A stretch of DNA of 64,000 nucleotides from an uncultured delta proteobacterium (GTDB lineage: Bacteria > Desulfobacterota > Binatia > Binatales > Binataceae): assembly GCA_963842085.1 (NCBI GenBank), contig CAWJET010000002.1, positions 800,001-864,000 of the forward strand, in the 5' to 3' direction. This document shows, one piece after another, positions 49,652 through 59,952 of this stretch (position 1 is its first letter; every line of letters begins with the position of its first letter). Under the pieces are notes generated by a model. That model did no database searches, had not been told where the DNA came from, and saw only the letters and a program-made list of their open reading frames with translations. The position numbers were made by a program, and so were the translations under genes.

Positions 49652-50624
49652 ACGAATAAGTCCAACCGCCATAGGGATGTTCGTCGTCGGAGGCTTCGCA
49701 CTGGTAATCGCGGCGATTGTAGTTGTCGGTTCAGGGAGCCTGTTCAAGAAGCCGCAACGCTTCGTCTGCATGTTCCAGGGGGACGTCAACGGCCTGAAGG
49801 TCGGGGCACCAGTCAAGTTCAAGGGCGTTCAAATCGGAACGGTCGAAGAAATAGAGATCAACCTATCGCCCGGCGAAGGCGAACTCCGCCCTGATATCAA
49901 GGAATTACGTCTGCCGGTGGTAATCGGCATCGATCGCTCAATGCTCATCCAACGCGGAGGTAGTGGCGAAGCGCTCACCACCCAGGGATTCGATGCGGCT
50001 ATCGCGCGTGGCATGCGCGCGCAACTCAACGTGGAAAGCTTCCTGACCGGACTCCTTTATGTCGATATCGATCTTCATCCTAATGCACCGCTCAATCTTG
50101 CACTGATACCAGGCAGTGGCAGCCTACGGGAGATACCCACTGTGCCGACCACGATGGAGGCAATTCAGAAGCAAGCGGCAGAGGCACTAGCCAAGCTCGA
50201 TAAGATCGATTTCAACGCCCTGGTCGCTTCGATCACAAGCGCCGCCAATTCCATCAACCAGCTAACTAGTTCACCCGACCTGAAGGCCACGCTCGCTTCG
50301 CTCAAGCAGACCGTGCCGAATCTCGACCGGACGATCACCTCCTTAAGAGTCGCTTTGGACAACGCCAACGAACGCATTACGCCGCTGACGGCAAGCCTCC
50401 AGAAGAACTCGGATGAGGCAAACGCCACGATGAAGGATACGCGCGAGGCGTTGCTCGAGGTGAGATCCAGTCTCGATCCCGACTCGCCGTTGTGGGTGAA
50501 CCTGAACACGGCGCTCGATCAATTGGCCGACACCACCCGCTCAATCGGAGAGCTTACGGACTTTTTGCAGAGAAATCCCGCTGCGCTCCTACGCGGAAAG
50601 TATGTGCCTGAGAAGGACCGATGA
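49644..50624 (+). CDS. mlaD: MlaD/MCE-domain protein with long helical tail
   Basis: N-terminal TM, GLKVGAPVKFKGVQIG, RNPAALLRGK. Confidence 0.88.
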   Translation: MSKRISPTAIGMFVVGGFALVIAAIVVVGSGSLFKKPQRFVCMFQGDVNGLKVGAPVKFKGVQIGTVEEIEINLSPGEGELRPDIKELRLPVVIGIDRSMLIQRGGSGEALTTQGFDAAIARGMRAQLNVESFLTGLLYVDIDLHPNAPLNLALIPGSGSLREIPTVPTTMEAIQKQAAEALAKLDKIDFNALVASITSAANSINQLTSSPDLKATLASLKQTVPNLDRTITSLRVALDNANERITPLTASLQKNSDEANATMKDTREALLEVRSSLDPDSPLWVNLNTALDQLADTTRSIGELTDFLQRNPAALLRGKYVPEKDR

Positions 50625-51307
50625 GAAATACGAATGTTGCAGCCGCGTTGATCGCATTGGGCGCGTGTGTGTTGGCGGCGGGATGCTCGCCTCTGGCGCC
50701 GCAACCCGACCGCTCGAAGTTCTTTATCCTGACGCCACTCGCCGACTCTTCAGGAGCTGCAGCACCGGCGGGCTCGTTCGCCAATTCTCCTCTGACCATC
50801 GGCGTCGGCCCTATCGATTTTCCCGACTACCTGCGGCGCCTGGAAGTAGTAACCCGGGCTTCGCCCAATCAGCTCGATCTTTCCGCGGAGAAGCGCTGGG
50901 GCGAGCCGCTCGACAAAAACTTCGCGCGTGTCTTTTCTGAAAATATATGCGAACTGCTCAACACCCAACAGATCGAAAAATATCCCTGGCCGGTCAGGAC
51001 CCACGTTGACTATCAAATCGCGATCGACGTCCAGCGCTTCGAAACGACCTCCGATGGACAGTCGGAATTGATCGCACGATGGATCATCAAGGACGGTGCT
51101 ACCGGCAAGGACTTGTACGCGTCCGAAACCAGGGCGAGCGCGCCCGTGGGTCCCGGTGAAACGGGCGCGTCGGCGGCGCTCAGCACTGACCTGGGCACGC
51201 TCAGCCGCGAAATTGCCGCGCGCGTGACTGAACTCCGCCAGCATCAAACTCCCATGAGCACGACTGAGAATCTCAATGTTGGCCATCATTCACAAGAGAG
51301 AGGGTGA
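50621..51307 (+). CDS. PqiC-like ABC auxiliary lipoprotein
   Basis: AAGC lipobox, PDYLRR, RWGEPL, DVQRFE. Confidence 0.85.
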   Translation: MRNTNVAAALIALGACVLAAGCSPLAPQPDRSKFFILTPLADSSGAAAPAGSFANSPLTIGVGPIDFPDYLRRLEVVTRASPNQLDLSAEKRWGEPLDKNFARVFSENICELLNTQQIEKYPWPVRTHVDYQIAIDVQRFETTSDGQSELIARWIIKDGATGKDLYASETRASAPVGPGETGASAALSTDLGTLSREIAARVTELRQHQTPMSTTENLNVGHHSQERG

Positions 51308-51310
51308 GTT

Positions 51311-51832
51311 ATGGAAAGGAAATCCAGCACGGAGTTTGACCTTAGGAAGCATGCTCCTATCTTCCTTGGTCTCTTAGGCGCTCTGCTTATGGATACTACC
51401 GCGCGCGCTCAGGAGCTATACATCTATCCGTCCAAGGGGCAAAGCCAGGCGCAGCAGGACAAGGATCGTTACGAGTGCCATACGTGGGCTGTAAAGCAGA
51501 CTGGTTTTGACCCGAGCAGGCCTGCACCGCCACCATCGAATTCTTCTGCGTCAAATCAGTATCAGCCCTCACAGCCCCACGTTCTCAAGGGCGCCGCCCG
51601 AGGTGCTGCCCTAGGCGCGGTCGGCGGCGCAATAGCCGGCGATGCGGGCAAGGGAGCAGGTGCGGGTGCCGCGATGGGAGGCCTGGCAGGTGGATTTCGC
51701 CGGCGCGACGAAAGAATACAGCAATCTAAGTCACAGCAAGCAGACACTCACGCTGCTGCCTCTAATCAACGGAATTCGTACAACCGGGCTATGGCAGCCT
51801 GTCTGCAGGGGCGTGGCTACACCGTAAACTAG
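51311..51832 (+). CDS. glycine-zipper exported protein
   Basis: YPSKGQS...DRYEC..WA, GAARGAALGAVGGAIAG, ACLQGRGYTV. Confidence 0.8.
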   Translation: MERKSSTEFDLRKHAPIFLGLLGALLMDTTARAQELYIYPSKGQSQAQQDKDRYECHTWAVKQTGFDPSRPAPPPSNSSASNQYQPSQPHVLKGAARGAALGAVGGAIAGDAGKGAGAGAAMGGLAGGFRRRDERIQQSKSQQADTHAAASNQRNSYNRAMAACLQGRGYTVN

Positions 51833-51860
51833 ACTTAGTCGTGGGAGGATATAGCCACTC

Positions 51861-53336
51861 TCAGAGAGAGCTGACGACGGACGCGAAGCGGCGGATGCCT
51901 GCTGCGATTTGCTTCTCCGGCATCGACGCGTAGCCCAGCAGCAGCCCAACCTGGGTCGGCGGGTTCAGGTAAAACGGCTCGACCGAGTACACGCCGACGC
52001 CCGCGCGCGCTGCCCTTATCTGCAACTCGCGCGCTTTCGACCCCGGCAAATCGCGGAGCCACAGCACCAGATGAAGACCGGCATTGACGCCCGACACCTG
52101 CGCGCGGCTGCCCAGGTGGCGCTCGATCGCTTCGAGCATCGCGGCCCGGCGGCGCGCGTTGCGCGTGCGCATCCGATGCAGATGCCGTTCGAAGTGGCCG
52201 TCGCGGATGAAATCGACCAATGCGGCCTGCGTGAGGCTGGGTCCTCCCGTGTCCATCAGGGCCTTGGCCGAGCGGAGCGGCTCGATCAGCCGCTCAGGAA
52301 GAATCATGTATCCGAGCCGCAGCGAAGGAAACATCACTTTCGAGAACGTGGCCGCGTAGAGCACGCAGCCACTGTCGTCGAGTGCGGCAAGCGCCTCGAT
52401 GGGACGGCCCGAGTAGCGATACTCGCTGTCGTAGTCGTCCTCGAATATGCAGGCGCCGGTTCGCCGCGCCCATGAGAGCAACTCCAGCCGCCGCCCCAGC
52501 GGCATCACCGCGCCGGTCGGAAACTGATGCGACGGTGTCACGATGGCCAGCCGGCTGAGCGTACGCCGAGCCGCAAGCTCCTCGGTTCGCAAGCCGTGCT
52601 CGTCCACGGCGATCGTTTCGATCCTCGCGCCGGCGGCTCTCATCACGGTGCGCGCACCGCGATAGTGCGGCTCCTCCATCAGGACGACGTCGCCGGGGTC
52701 GACGAGTACGCGTGCCGCCAGGTCCAGGGCCTGCTGCGAGCCGTTGACCACGAGAACCTGCTCTGGCGAGCACGCGATCGCGCGCGCACGAGCGACATAA
52801 TCGGCAATCGCCTCGCGCAGCGCGGGCAACCCCTCCGGCGGGCCGTAGTCGAGCTCGCGAAGCGTGACGCGGCGCGCGCAACGCGCCATCACGCGGCACC
52901 ACGTTTCGTGCGGGAAATCGGTGAACGAGGGCCGGCCGTAGCGGAAGTCGTAAGGCAACACGTCGCGCCGCGGCTCCCAGGTGAACTGCACGCCCTGCGA
53001 CGCATCCCGCACGCGTCGCGCGTAGGCCGACAGATGCAGTGGCGCGGAAGTCCGCGCCGCGGCGGGCCGGCGTCCTGCGTCGGTAGTAGTGAGAGCGCGC
53101 GGCAGTTCGCGCGCGACAAACGTGCCCGCACCCTTGCGCGGGGTAAGGTAGCCCTCGTCGAGCAGTTGCCGATACGCCATTATCGCGACGTTGCGCGAAA
53201 CGCCCAATTCGAGCGCGAGGTCGCGCGTGGCCGGCACACGCGAGCCCGCGGACAATCGCCCCTTGAGTATCTGACCTCTCAGCGCCCGGTAAATCTGATC
53301 GTACAGGGCGCCGTCGGTATCGAGTTTCAGGAACAT
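51861..53336 (-). CDS. MocR/GabR-family PLP-dependent transcriptional regulator
   Basis: GntR wHTH (LGVSRN), TPSHQFPTG, EDDYDSE, TFSK. Confidence 0.93.
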   Translation of the reverse strand: MFLKLDTDGALYDQIYRALRGQILKGRLSAGSRVPATRDLALELGVSRNVAIMAYRQLLDEGYLTPRKGAGTFVARELPRALTTTDAGRRPAAARTSAPLHLSAYARRVRDASQGVQFTWEPRRDVLPYDFRYGRPSFTDFPHETWCRVMARCARRVTLRELDYGPPEGLPALREAIADYVARARAIACSPEQVLVVNGSQQALDLAARVLVDPGDVVLMEEPHYRGARTVMRAAGARIETIAVDEHGLRTEELAARRTLSRLAIVTPSHQFPTGAVMPLGRRLELLSWARRTGACIFEDDYDSEYRYSGRPIEALAALDDSGCVLYAATFSKVMFPSLRLGYMILPERLIEPLRSAKALMDTGGPSLTQAALVDFIRDGHFERHLHRMRTRNARRRAAMLEAIERHLGSRAQVSGVNAGLHLVLWLRDLPGSKARELQIRAARAGVGVYSVEPFYLNPPTQVGLLLGYASMPEKQIAAGIRRFASVVSSL

Positions 53337-53383
53337 CCGGGCACCTCTGGGAGCGACCGTACTACGCCGATATACATTGACGG

Positions 53384-53431
53384 AAGTGGATCCATATTTA
53401 TTTCCTAAAGTGGAGCCATTGCTGGTCCACT
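53384..53431. promoter_or_regulatory. MocR-type operator: two direct repeats plus one inverted
   Basis: AAGTGGATCCAT (53384), AAGTGGAGCCAT (53408), inverted TGGTCCACT (53423). Confidence 0.7.
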
Positions 53432-53460
53432 CATGTTAGCCGCCGAGCACATCATGCTCA

Positions 53461-53877
53461 ATGATGGACGCAAGCGAACAACTCAACCGCGACCTGCTTC
53501 CATTCGCAAAGCTGCTCGGAATCAAGTTTCTCACGGCGACGGCGGAATGCGTGAGGGCGGAGATGAAGGTTCGCGAGGACATGTGCACGCGGCCCGCGGT
53601 GCTGCACGGCGGTGCGATGATGGCGCTGGCCGACACGCTCGGCGGCTGTGCGACTGCGCTGAATCTGCGCGACGGCGCCACGACCACCACGATCGAATCG
53701 AAGACCAACTTCCTCGCGCAGGCGATGGCCGGCACGACGGTGCGGGCGGAGTGCGTCGCGATTCATCGCGGACGGCGCACGATGGTCTGGCAGACGCGAG
53801 TGACGTCGGAGAACGGCAAGCTGCTCGCACTCGTCACGCAAACGCAGATGGTTATCCCGAGCAAACCCCAAAAGTGA
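53461..53877 (+). CDS. PaaI-family thioesterase
   Basis: LHGGAMMALAD, TIESKTNF, HRGRRTMVW. Confidence 0.92.
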   Translation: MMDASEQLNRDLLPFAKLLGIKFLTATAECVRAEMKVREDMCTRPAVLHGGAMMALADTLGGCATALNLRDGATTTTIESKTNFLAQAMAGTTVRAECVAIHRGRRTMVWQTRVTSENGKLLALVTQTQMVIPSKPQK

Positions 53878-53910
53878 TCTCAAATATCTCGCATGGAATG
53901 GAGGAAGACG

Positions 53911-54582
53911 ATGCAGCTCTATTACTCTCCGCTCAGCGTGTACAGCGCCAAACCGCGGATCGCAATGTACGAGAAGGCGATCGCGCACGAGACCCGGCTG
54001 GTCAACTGGACGCCCGCCGCCGGATGGATCAAGCCGGCGGAACTGCCGCGGTTGAATCCCAAAGCGCAGATTCCGGTGCTGGTCGATGGCGACGCGGTGA
54101 TCTACGACTCGACGATCATCCTGGAATACCTTGAGGAGCGCTTTCCCAAGACGCCGCTGTTCCCCACCGGCGCCGCCGAGCGCGCGCGATGCAGGATCCT
54201 CGAGGATCTCGGCGACACGCTGCTGGCGCCGAACCTCGGCGTGCTGGTGCGCGAAGTGTTCATGAAGCCGGACCCGTCCACGCGGGACAGCAGCGCGGTC
54301 GCGCAGACGAAGGCCGAGCTCGCGCGACAGTACGAGCGGCTCGATCGCGAGCTTGGCGTGCGCAAGTACCTGTGCGGTGAATTCAGCGTCGCGGATATCT
54401 CGTGCTTCTCGCCAATCAACATCGCCTCGCTGATGGAGGGCGCGCCGCCGCCTGAGTGTGAGAAGGTGGCGACGTGGCTGGCGGCGATGCGCAGCCGGCC
54501 GAGCGTGTCGCGTTACCTGGCCGAGTTCGCTGAGGCGTTGAAGCAACTGGGCGCGCCGGCGCCGGCATCCGCGCACGCCTGA
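53911..54582 (+). CDS. glutathione S-transferase
   Basis: LNPKAQIPVL, DSTIILEYL, FSVADI. Confidence 0.92.
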   Translation: MQLYYSPLSVYSAKPRIAMYEKAIAHETRLVNWTPAAGWIKPAELPRLNPKAQIPVLVDGDAVIYDSTIILEYLEERFPKTPLFPTGAAERARCRILEDLGDTLLAPNLGVLVREVFMKPDPSTRDSSAVAQTKAELARQYERLDRELGVRKYLCGEFSVADISCFSPINIASLMEGAPPPECEKVATWLAAMRSRPSVSRYLAEFAEALKQLGAPAPASAHA

Positions 54583-54612
54583 TGGTTCGACGGACAAGCC
54601 TCTAAAGCACAA

Positions 54613-54653
54613 GGCGGAGTGAGCGAGCGCCACGGGGGTTCGCTTACTCCGCC
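54613..54653. repeat. 16-bp intergenic hairpin (REP-like or terminator/stabiliser)
   Basis: GGCGGAGTGAGCGAGC pairs with GTTCGCTTACTCCGCC, using two G-U pairs on the plus strand. Confidence 0.6.
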
Positions 54654-54726
54654 CCGCCAGATACTCCAAAACAAATTGGCTGATCCGGTTTGCACGAACG
54701 CGACAACCGTCCGATGATCCGGTGCT

Positions 54727-55344
54727 ATGAGTACGCTCCTGGTCGATGGGCCACAGACAGCGGCTAGGTCGTTCTTGTTTGCGCATGGCGCCGGAGCGCC
54801 GATGGATTCGCCGTTCATGCAGCGGGTAGCTGAAGGAGTGGCAGCGTCGGGCGTACGCGTGATCCGGTTCGAGTTTCCGTACATGCAACGGCGGCGGGAG
54901 ACTGGCAAAGGAGGGGCGCCCGATCAGACGCGCCTGCTGATGCAATCCTTCCTCGATATGATCGAAGAAGTGGGTGGCGGGAGCAGGCTTGTGATCGGCG
55001 GGAAGTCGCTTGGCGGCAGGATCGCGAGCATGGTGGCGGATGAAGCCGCGGTGCTCGGTGTGGTGTGCCTCGGCTATCCGTTTCATCCTCCTGGCAAGGC
55101 TGAGAAGACGCGCACGAAGCATCTCGAAAACCTGCGGACGCCGACATTGATTCTCCAGGGGACACGAGACAGCCTGGGACGCCCGGAAGAAGTCGGCAGC
55201 TACAAGCTATCGCCCGCATTACGGATTGAATGGCTCGAAGATGGCGATCACTCCTTCAAGCCGCGAGCACGCAGCGGCCGCACCGAAGCCGACAACATGC
55301 GCGCGGCCATCGCACTCACCGCTGACTTCATAGCCCGTTGTTGA
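54727..55344 (+). CDS. alpha/beta hydrolase (KANL3/Tex30-like)
   Basis: AHGAGAPMDS, GGKSLGGR, GYPFHPPG, QGTRD, GDHS. Confidence 0.88.
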   Translation: MSTLLVDGPQTAARSFLFAHGAGAPMDSPFMQRVAEGVAASGVRVIRFEFPYMQRRRETGKGGAPDQTRLLMQSFLDMIEEVGGGSRLVIGGKSLGGRIASMVADEAAVLGVVCLGYPFHPPGKAEKTRTKHLENLRTPTLILQGTRDSLGRPEEVGSYKLSPALRIEWLEDGDHSFKPRARSGRTEADNMRAAIALTADFIARC

Positions 55345-55458
55345 GTGCCTTACGAGCAACACGACGGTCAGACGGGCGGATTCTGACTGACCGAATAGCG
55401 AGAAAAGAGCGACCGAAACCTAAGGATGAAGGATGGGCTGAGTGATGGGACGCCGGTG

Positions 55459-56214
55459 CTACTTTCCCATTTGAGCAACGGCGTTGTGCAGTGGAACACT
55501 GGAAATTTGAATCAGCCCCGCGAACGGGCGGTCGAGCTCGAGGATCATGAAGATCGCGCCGGAAACGGAAAGGGCGCACAGGAAAAGGGTGAAGATTACG
55601 GTCGCATTCGGCGGCGCGAAAAGTCCGAAGCTAAGGAAGATAATAGTCACCCAGAAGATCAGCAGCACGAGAAACGGCATCGGGATCGAGTGGCCGCCCT
55701 GCTCGAACAGCAGCCAGCGCGTCTGTCCAATGTCGATACTCATCTTTACGGCCTGGGCCTGGAGCGAGCGTTGAACTTCGTTCTGCGGCGAGAGTTCCTG
55801 TATCTTATCATAGAAGGCTTCGGCCGCAGTCGCGGTCGGCGCCGTCTCCGCGTTTCCCGAACGGTTTTCGGACCAAATCAGATCGATCATTCCGGCGGCG
55901 GAACGGCGGAGCAGAGCGCGAGCTTCTTTCGTCTCCGGCCCGTAATGTTCGAGTACGCGATCGAGCAGGATGATGTTAGCCGAGAGCTGAGTAATTTCAT
56001 TTCTTTGCGTGTCGTAAGAACCCTTTGCCGAGTTGATCAGAAGCGCGAGAACCAGGGCCGACATCGTTGCGGTTAGAGCCATGCCAAGCTTGATTACATC
56101 CTTGGAATCCGGACTCAGATGATGCTCGGGCAGAATCCGGTGAAGGGCCATCCCGAGAAGCGCGCCGCCAAAAACACACGACAGCACGATCCAACCGACG
56201 TCGATTGGGCTCAC
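55459..56214 (-). CDS. bestrophin-like membrane protein (DUF4239-like)
   Basis: 4 TM, ATMSALVL.LLI.SAK.SYD, ELDRPF.G. Confidence 0.75.
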   Translation of the reverse strand: MSPIDVGWIVLSCVFGGALLGMALHRILPEHHLSPDSKDVIKLGMALTATMSALVLALLINSAKGSYDTQRNEITQLSANIILLDRVLEHYGPETKEARALLRRSAAGMIDLIWSENRSGNAETAPTATAAEAFYDKIQELSPQNEVQRSLQAQAVKMSIDIGQTRWLLFEQGGHSIPMPFLVLLIFWVTIIFLSFGLFAPPNATVIFTLFLCALSVSGAIFMILELDRPFAGLIQISSVPLHNAVAQMGK

Positions 56215-56484
56215 GAGTAGTTCCTCCGAACCGCGGTTTCCTGAACGGGCCGCTGGACCTTTAGAAGTGATCGATCCACAGAGCTACCGTGCCAGGGATC
56301 GCCAGAAATTGGGATACAGCAAGGCGAATCCGAACGTGATCGCGTATCTCGGAACCGGCCCTTCGCCCGACACCTTCCGGACGGGCTCGGCGAAGCAGTT
56401 AACCATTGGCAGCCTGCGCGACACACGCTCGCATACTGGCGCCTAAGAATAAAGCCAGCATCGGGGCTATTGCACGACCACTCA

Positions 56485-57267
56485 TTAACCCGAGGCATCG
56501 GAACGGCGGGACTTATCTGCTGCATGCGTATCTGCAGATTGGCTCATCTGCATCCCCACCAGTCGGGCGACCAGGATCGCGAGATAGAACTGTCCGGTGA
56601 TACCTTCCGCCACCGCCGCGTAGCGGGCCTGGAGAGTTAAAGGGGTGATGTCGCCAAAGCCGATAGTAGAGAGCGTGGTGAGGCTGAAATAGATAAGAAC
56701 CGGGATAACTTGTTGTTCGGAAAGGGGTCCTACCGTACCGAAGCTGAAGGCATTGGGTTGCAGGTCGTGAAGGACGATGTAGAACAGCCCGCAGGTCAAG
56801 CCGAGCAGCAGATAGGTCGAAATTGACATGCTGATTACTTCCCTCGTAACCTCCTTCTGCTTCAATACGGCGCGCAATTCATTCCAGGTAATGTAGACAA
56901 AGAGCAGCAGCCAGAGAATCGAACCGGCCAGGTAGATCGAACGGCTAGGTGTAAAGAGAACGACCAACCGTTCCGCGATTGCGGGGATTCCCAGTGTCCA
57001 GGCAATAATGCTCCTCCGCCTCCGCTGGGCCAGGAGCACTTCCCGCTCGCCCACCAGTTCATCGACGTCGATGTTGTACAGGGCCAGCAGCAGCAGCACC
57101 AAGATCGCGCTGCTGAACATGATCGGGCCGGCTCCCGAATCGCCGACCAAAGGCCGCACCAGGAACGCGGCTATGAGCGCGACAAGCAACGCGGTATGCC
57201 TGTGCGGCGCCAGACGAAGGTGGAGTTCGTCTCGCAGTTGGCCGAGAAGACTAGTCTCAATTGACAT
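56485..57267 (-). CDS. potassium channel family protein
   Basis: YFSLTTLSTIGFGDITP selectivity filter, GQFYLAILVARLV. Confidence 0.88.
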   Translation of the reverse strand: MSIETSLLGQLRDELHLRLAPHRHTALLVALIAAFLVRPLVGDSGAGPIMFSSAILVLLLLALYNIDVDELVGEREVLLAQRRRRSIIAWTLGIPAIAERLVVLFTPSRSIYLAGSILWLLLFVYITWNELRAVLKQKEVTREVISMSISTYLLLGLTCGLFYIVLHDLQPNAFSFGTVGPLSEQQVIPVLIYFSLTTLSTIGFGDITPLTLQARYAAVAEGITGQFYLAILVARLVGMQMSQSADTHAADKSRRSDASG

Positions 57268-57282
57268 AGAACCCGGGGCGCC

Positions 57283-58314
57283 CTACTCGTCTACTTCATC
57301 CCAGGTCTTGTCGGGATTGTATTCGCTAATTTCGACCGCCAACCTGGCGGTATCGGGCCCTAGGTCCTTTTGAACGATGACACCATCCTGATTGATCATG
57401 AATGTCATCACTCCCGAAGCCCGATATTCGGCGGGATAGGCGAGGAATGCGAAGCCCTTGGTCATTTTGCCATCAACCAGGTAGTCCTTGGCCCCGCCCG
57501 GAGCATTTCTGCCCTGCCTTGTCAGTACTCGGTAGTAGTACCCGTGAAACGGGACAGGATTTCCGCCGCTGTCCTTTTTGTACCCCTCGGCGGTGGCACG
57601 CGCGACGAGTGCTCCAATAGGACTCTCGGGCTGTCCTTCGGCGGCTTCCCAATACAAACCGTTTTGCTTGCCGCTATCGCTCAGAATTTTTCGAGCGAAC
57701 TGACCGGCGTTTTCGCCATCGTGCGCTTCGCTGGCATACTCCGACTGAGCGTCAGCCAGATCTTCGAGAACCTTGATCGTGAACAGCTCGTTTCGACCTA
57801 TTCGCCTGTACAGCAGTTCTTCTTTGCCGGCCGCCGTATCGAAGACCCAGCCGCCGTTTTTCTTTACGAGCGGAATTGGGACCGGCCAGTTATCGGCGCC
57901 GATATAGAGAATGACGCGGCCCTGATCGTCGTACTCGAGCCGATGCATCTCCTGGTAGCGGCGCACGAAGTTATCGCGCGCGTTCTTGTCGGCGACCGGG
58001 TCTCCCGATGACAGGACCTGATCCGCGTCTGGGCCCAATATTGCGCTCAGTGTCTTCATGTCGTCCGCTTTACCGGCGGTGACCAGAGCAGTGGCGGCAG
58101 CGTCCGGCGATGGGAACACCTGTTGCGTGGCGGTTTCTTCGGCGGAGGCGAAAGGCACAACCAGCAAGCATGCCAAAAGGAGCACGGAAAGGACGAGCGC
58201 GTTCCTAACTCCGGAATAGTTGAAAAGTTCGGACATGGACGTTTCCCCTGTGCCATCAGCGGCGCGGCGCAGATTGAGGTCGAGGCATTCCTTCAGCATT
58301 TCATTCGGCTTCAT
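57283..58314 (-). CDS. DUF2950 family exported protein
   Basis: WPVPIPLVK, RRIGRNEL, GLYW, PFHGYYYR, GVMTFMINQDG...KDLG. Confidence 0.88.
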   Translation of the reverse strand: MKPNEMLKECLDLNLRRAADGTGETSMSELFNYSGVRNALVLSVLLLACLLVVPFASAEETATQQVFPSPDAAATALVTAGKADDMKTLSAILGPDADQVLSSGDPVADKNARDNFVRRYQEMHRLEYDDQGRVILYIGADNWPVPIPLVKKNGGWVFDTAAGKEELLYRRIGRNELFTIKVLEDLADAQSEYASEAHDGENAGQFARKILSDSGKQNGLYWEAAEGQPESPIGALVARATAEGYKKDSGGNPVPFHGYYYRVLTRQGRNAPGGAKDYLVDGKMTKGFAFLAYPAEYRASGVMTFMINQDGVIVQKDLGPDTARLAVEISEYNPDKTWDEVDE

Positions 58315-58323
58315 TGGAATTCC

Positions 58324-59886
58324 TCATCGACCTTTTTTTCCGCCGCCTCGATTCCCACCACCTCCGCCGTTACCGCCCGCGCCGCGCTTGGCATTACCGC
58401 CGCCACCGGCGGTGCCACGTCCGCCGGCGGGTTTTTGGTTTCCCTTGAAGCTTGCTTGTCCGCGGTCGCTGTTGGCGCGAGCGGCGCCGCCGGCTTCATA
58501 TCCTCCCCCCAAGGCGCTATTGCGGCCGCCCGCGCTGCCTTTGTCTTTCGCGAACCCTCGGGCTGGATCCGCTGCACGATTCTCGGGCTTGGCCGCGGGT
58601 CGATTTGACGCGACGGGATTGGAAGGTTGATTGGGCCTATTCTTCGCGACCTCCTTCCTGCCCGGATTGGGCCCGCCTGGATTGTTGGGAAGTGTACTCG
58701 CCTTGGGAAAATTGGGCTTGGCGATGTTGGGATTGGCTGGCCTGGCGGTTGCGGGGTTGTATGGCCGCGTTGCCGGAATTGCGCCGTTGTTCGGACGATT
58801 GTATCCGCCGCCGTTGTAGGGAGGCTTGGCACCCGGGGGTGGCATCGGTCGCGCCGGGTATCCTGGACGCGGATATCCTCCGTTGGGGGGATAACCCCCG
58901 TTGGGTGGCCGGTAGGCAGGAGGCCGTCCTGGGTACACGTTGTTGTTGGTGACGTAAACGTTGTTGTTGTACTTGACCGAGCTGCCGCCGCCCCCGTACC
59001 AATTGCAGCCCCAGTTGTTGTGCCCATTGTTAATCAGCGACCCGAGCAGGATTCCGGCGCCGAACGACAAGACACCGGTAAGAAGCAGATCACTCCCGGT
59101 GTATCCCGGCGGCGCCGCGACCGGCGCGCCGTAAGCACTGGTCGGATTGTACTGCGGGACGTAAACCGTATTGGGCTGCGCCGGCTGAATGATGACCGTC
59201 TGCTGCACCGAGGGCTGTGCGGCGCCCTGAGCGGCGGGAGGCGCCGGCTCGACCTCAACTTTCTGCTGCGCCGTGGACTTCAGAGTTCCCGCGTCGATCG
59301 CCATCTTGCGCAGGACCTGGATAGCATTCATCACGTCGGCGGGCTGATTGTAGTACGCCTCGCCCAGCGCCGAGGTCCACGCCAGGTTGTCGTTCATCGT
59401 TTGAAGCACGGTAGGGAACTGGGTCAGCGACTTGATGCTGGGATCCCAGGGCTGCTGATTCACTTGCGCGGCTAACTGGTCGCCGGTCAGGTTGGGGTTC
59501 TGCTTCAGCCATCTATCTGCTTCCACCACCTGAGTCGGGTAGGTGGATCCGGCCAGTATCTGCGCCACCAGCACGTCAGGGTAGAGCGCGATAGGTGAGA
59601 CCAGCTCCTGCAGCTCATGCGCGGTAGCAGCGCCCGGCGGAGGACCGGGTTCGGCGGCCGCTGCGGGAGGCGGAGCATCCGGCGCCACGGTAGGCGCGAC
59701 GCTGGGTTGCGCCTGCGATGACGGCTCCGGCGCCGGTTGGTCCTCGCCACGCGAGCAACCGGTGACCATCGGCGACGTGGAGAGCAAAACCGCCGCCGCC
59801 AGTATCAGTGGCAGTGTTCGGCCCTCAGGCCTGGATAGTAGTTTCGTTCCAGAAGAACCTCGGCGTCGATCGACCGAAAATTTCAC
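58324..59886 (-). CDS. DUF3300 family (YacH-like) lipoprotein with Pro/Gly/Asn-rich tail
   Basis: LVSPIALYPD.L.AQIL, WDPSIKSL, VYVPQYNP; VTGC lipobox-like. Confidence 0.88.
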   Translation of the reverse strand: MKFSVDRRRGSSGTKLLSRPEGRTLPLILAAAVLLSTSPMVTGCSRGEDQPAPEPSSQAQPSVAPTVAPDAPPPAAAAEPGPPPGAATAHELQELVSPIALYPDVLVAQILAGSTYPTQVVEADRWLKQNPNLTGDQLAAQVNQQPWDPSIKSLTQFPTVLQTMNDNLAWTSALGEAYYNQPADVMNAIQVLRKMAIDAGTLKSTAQQKVEVEPAPPAAQGAAQPSVQQTVIIQPAQPNTVYVPQYNPTSAYGAPVAAPPGYTGSDLLLTGVLSFGAGILLGSLINNGHNNWGCNWYGGGGSSVKYNNNVYVTNNNVYPGRPPAYRPPNGGYPPNGGYPRPGYPARPMPPPGAKPPYNGGGYNRPNNGAIPATRPYNPATARPANPNIAKPNFPKASTLPNNPGGPNPGRKEVAKNRPNQPSNPVASNRPAAKPENRAADPARGFAKDKGSAGGRNSALGGGYEAGGAARANSDRGQASFKGNQKPAGGRGTAGGGGNAKRGAGGNGGGGGNRGGGKKGR

Positions 59887-59952
59887 TATCGTCTCCTTGC
59901 TCGCGAGGTCGGTTTGGACTTCGCATTGGAGAAATCAGTTTCCATATTTGCC

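Noticed and set aside
58324-59000. Repetitive Pro/Gly/Asn-rich DNA and the overlapping ORF 58311-59027
   Set aside because: Low-complexity tail of the DUF3300 protein, common in that family
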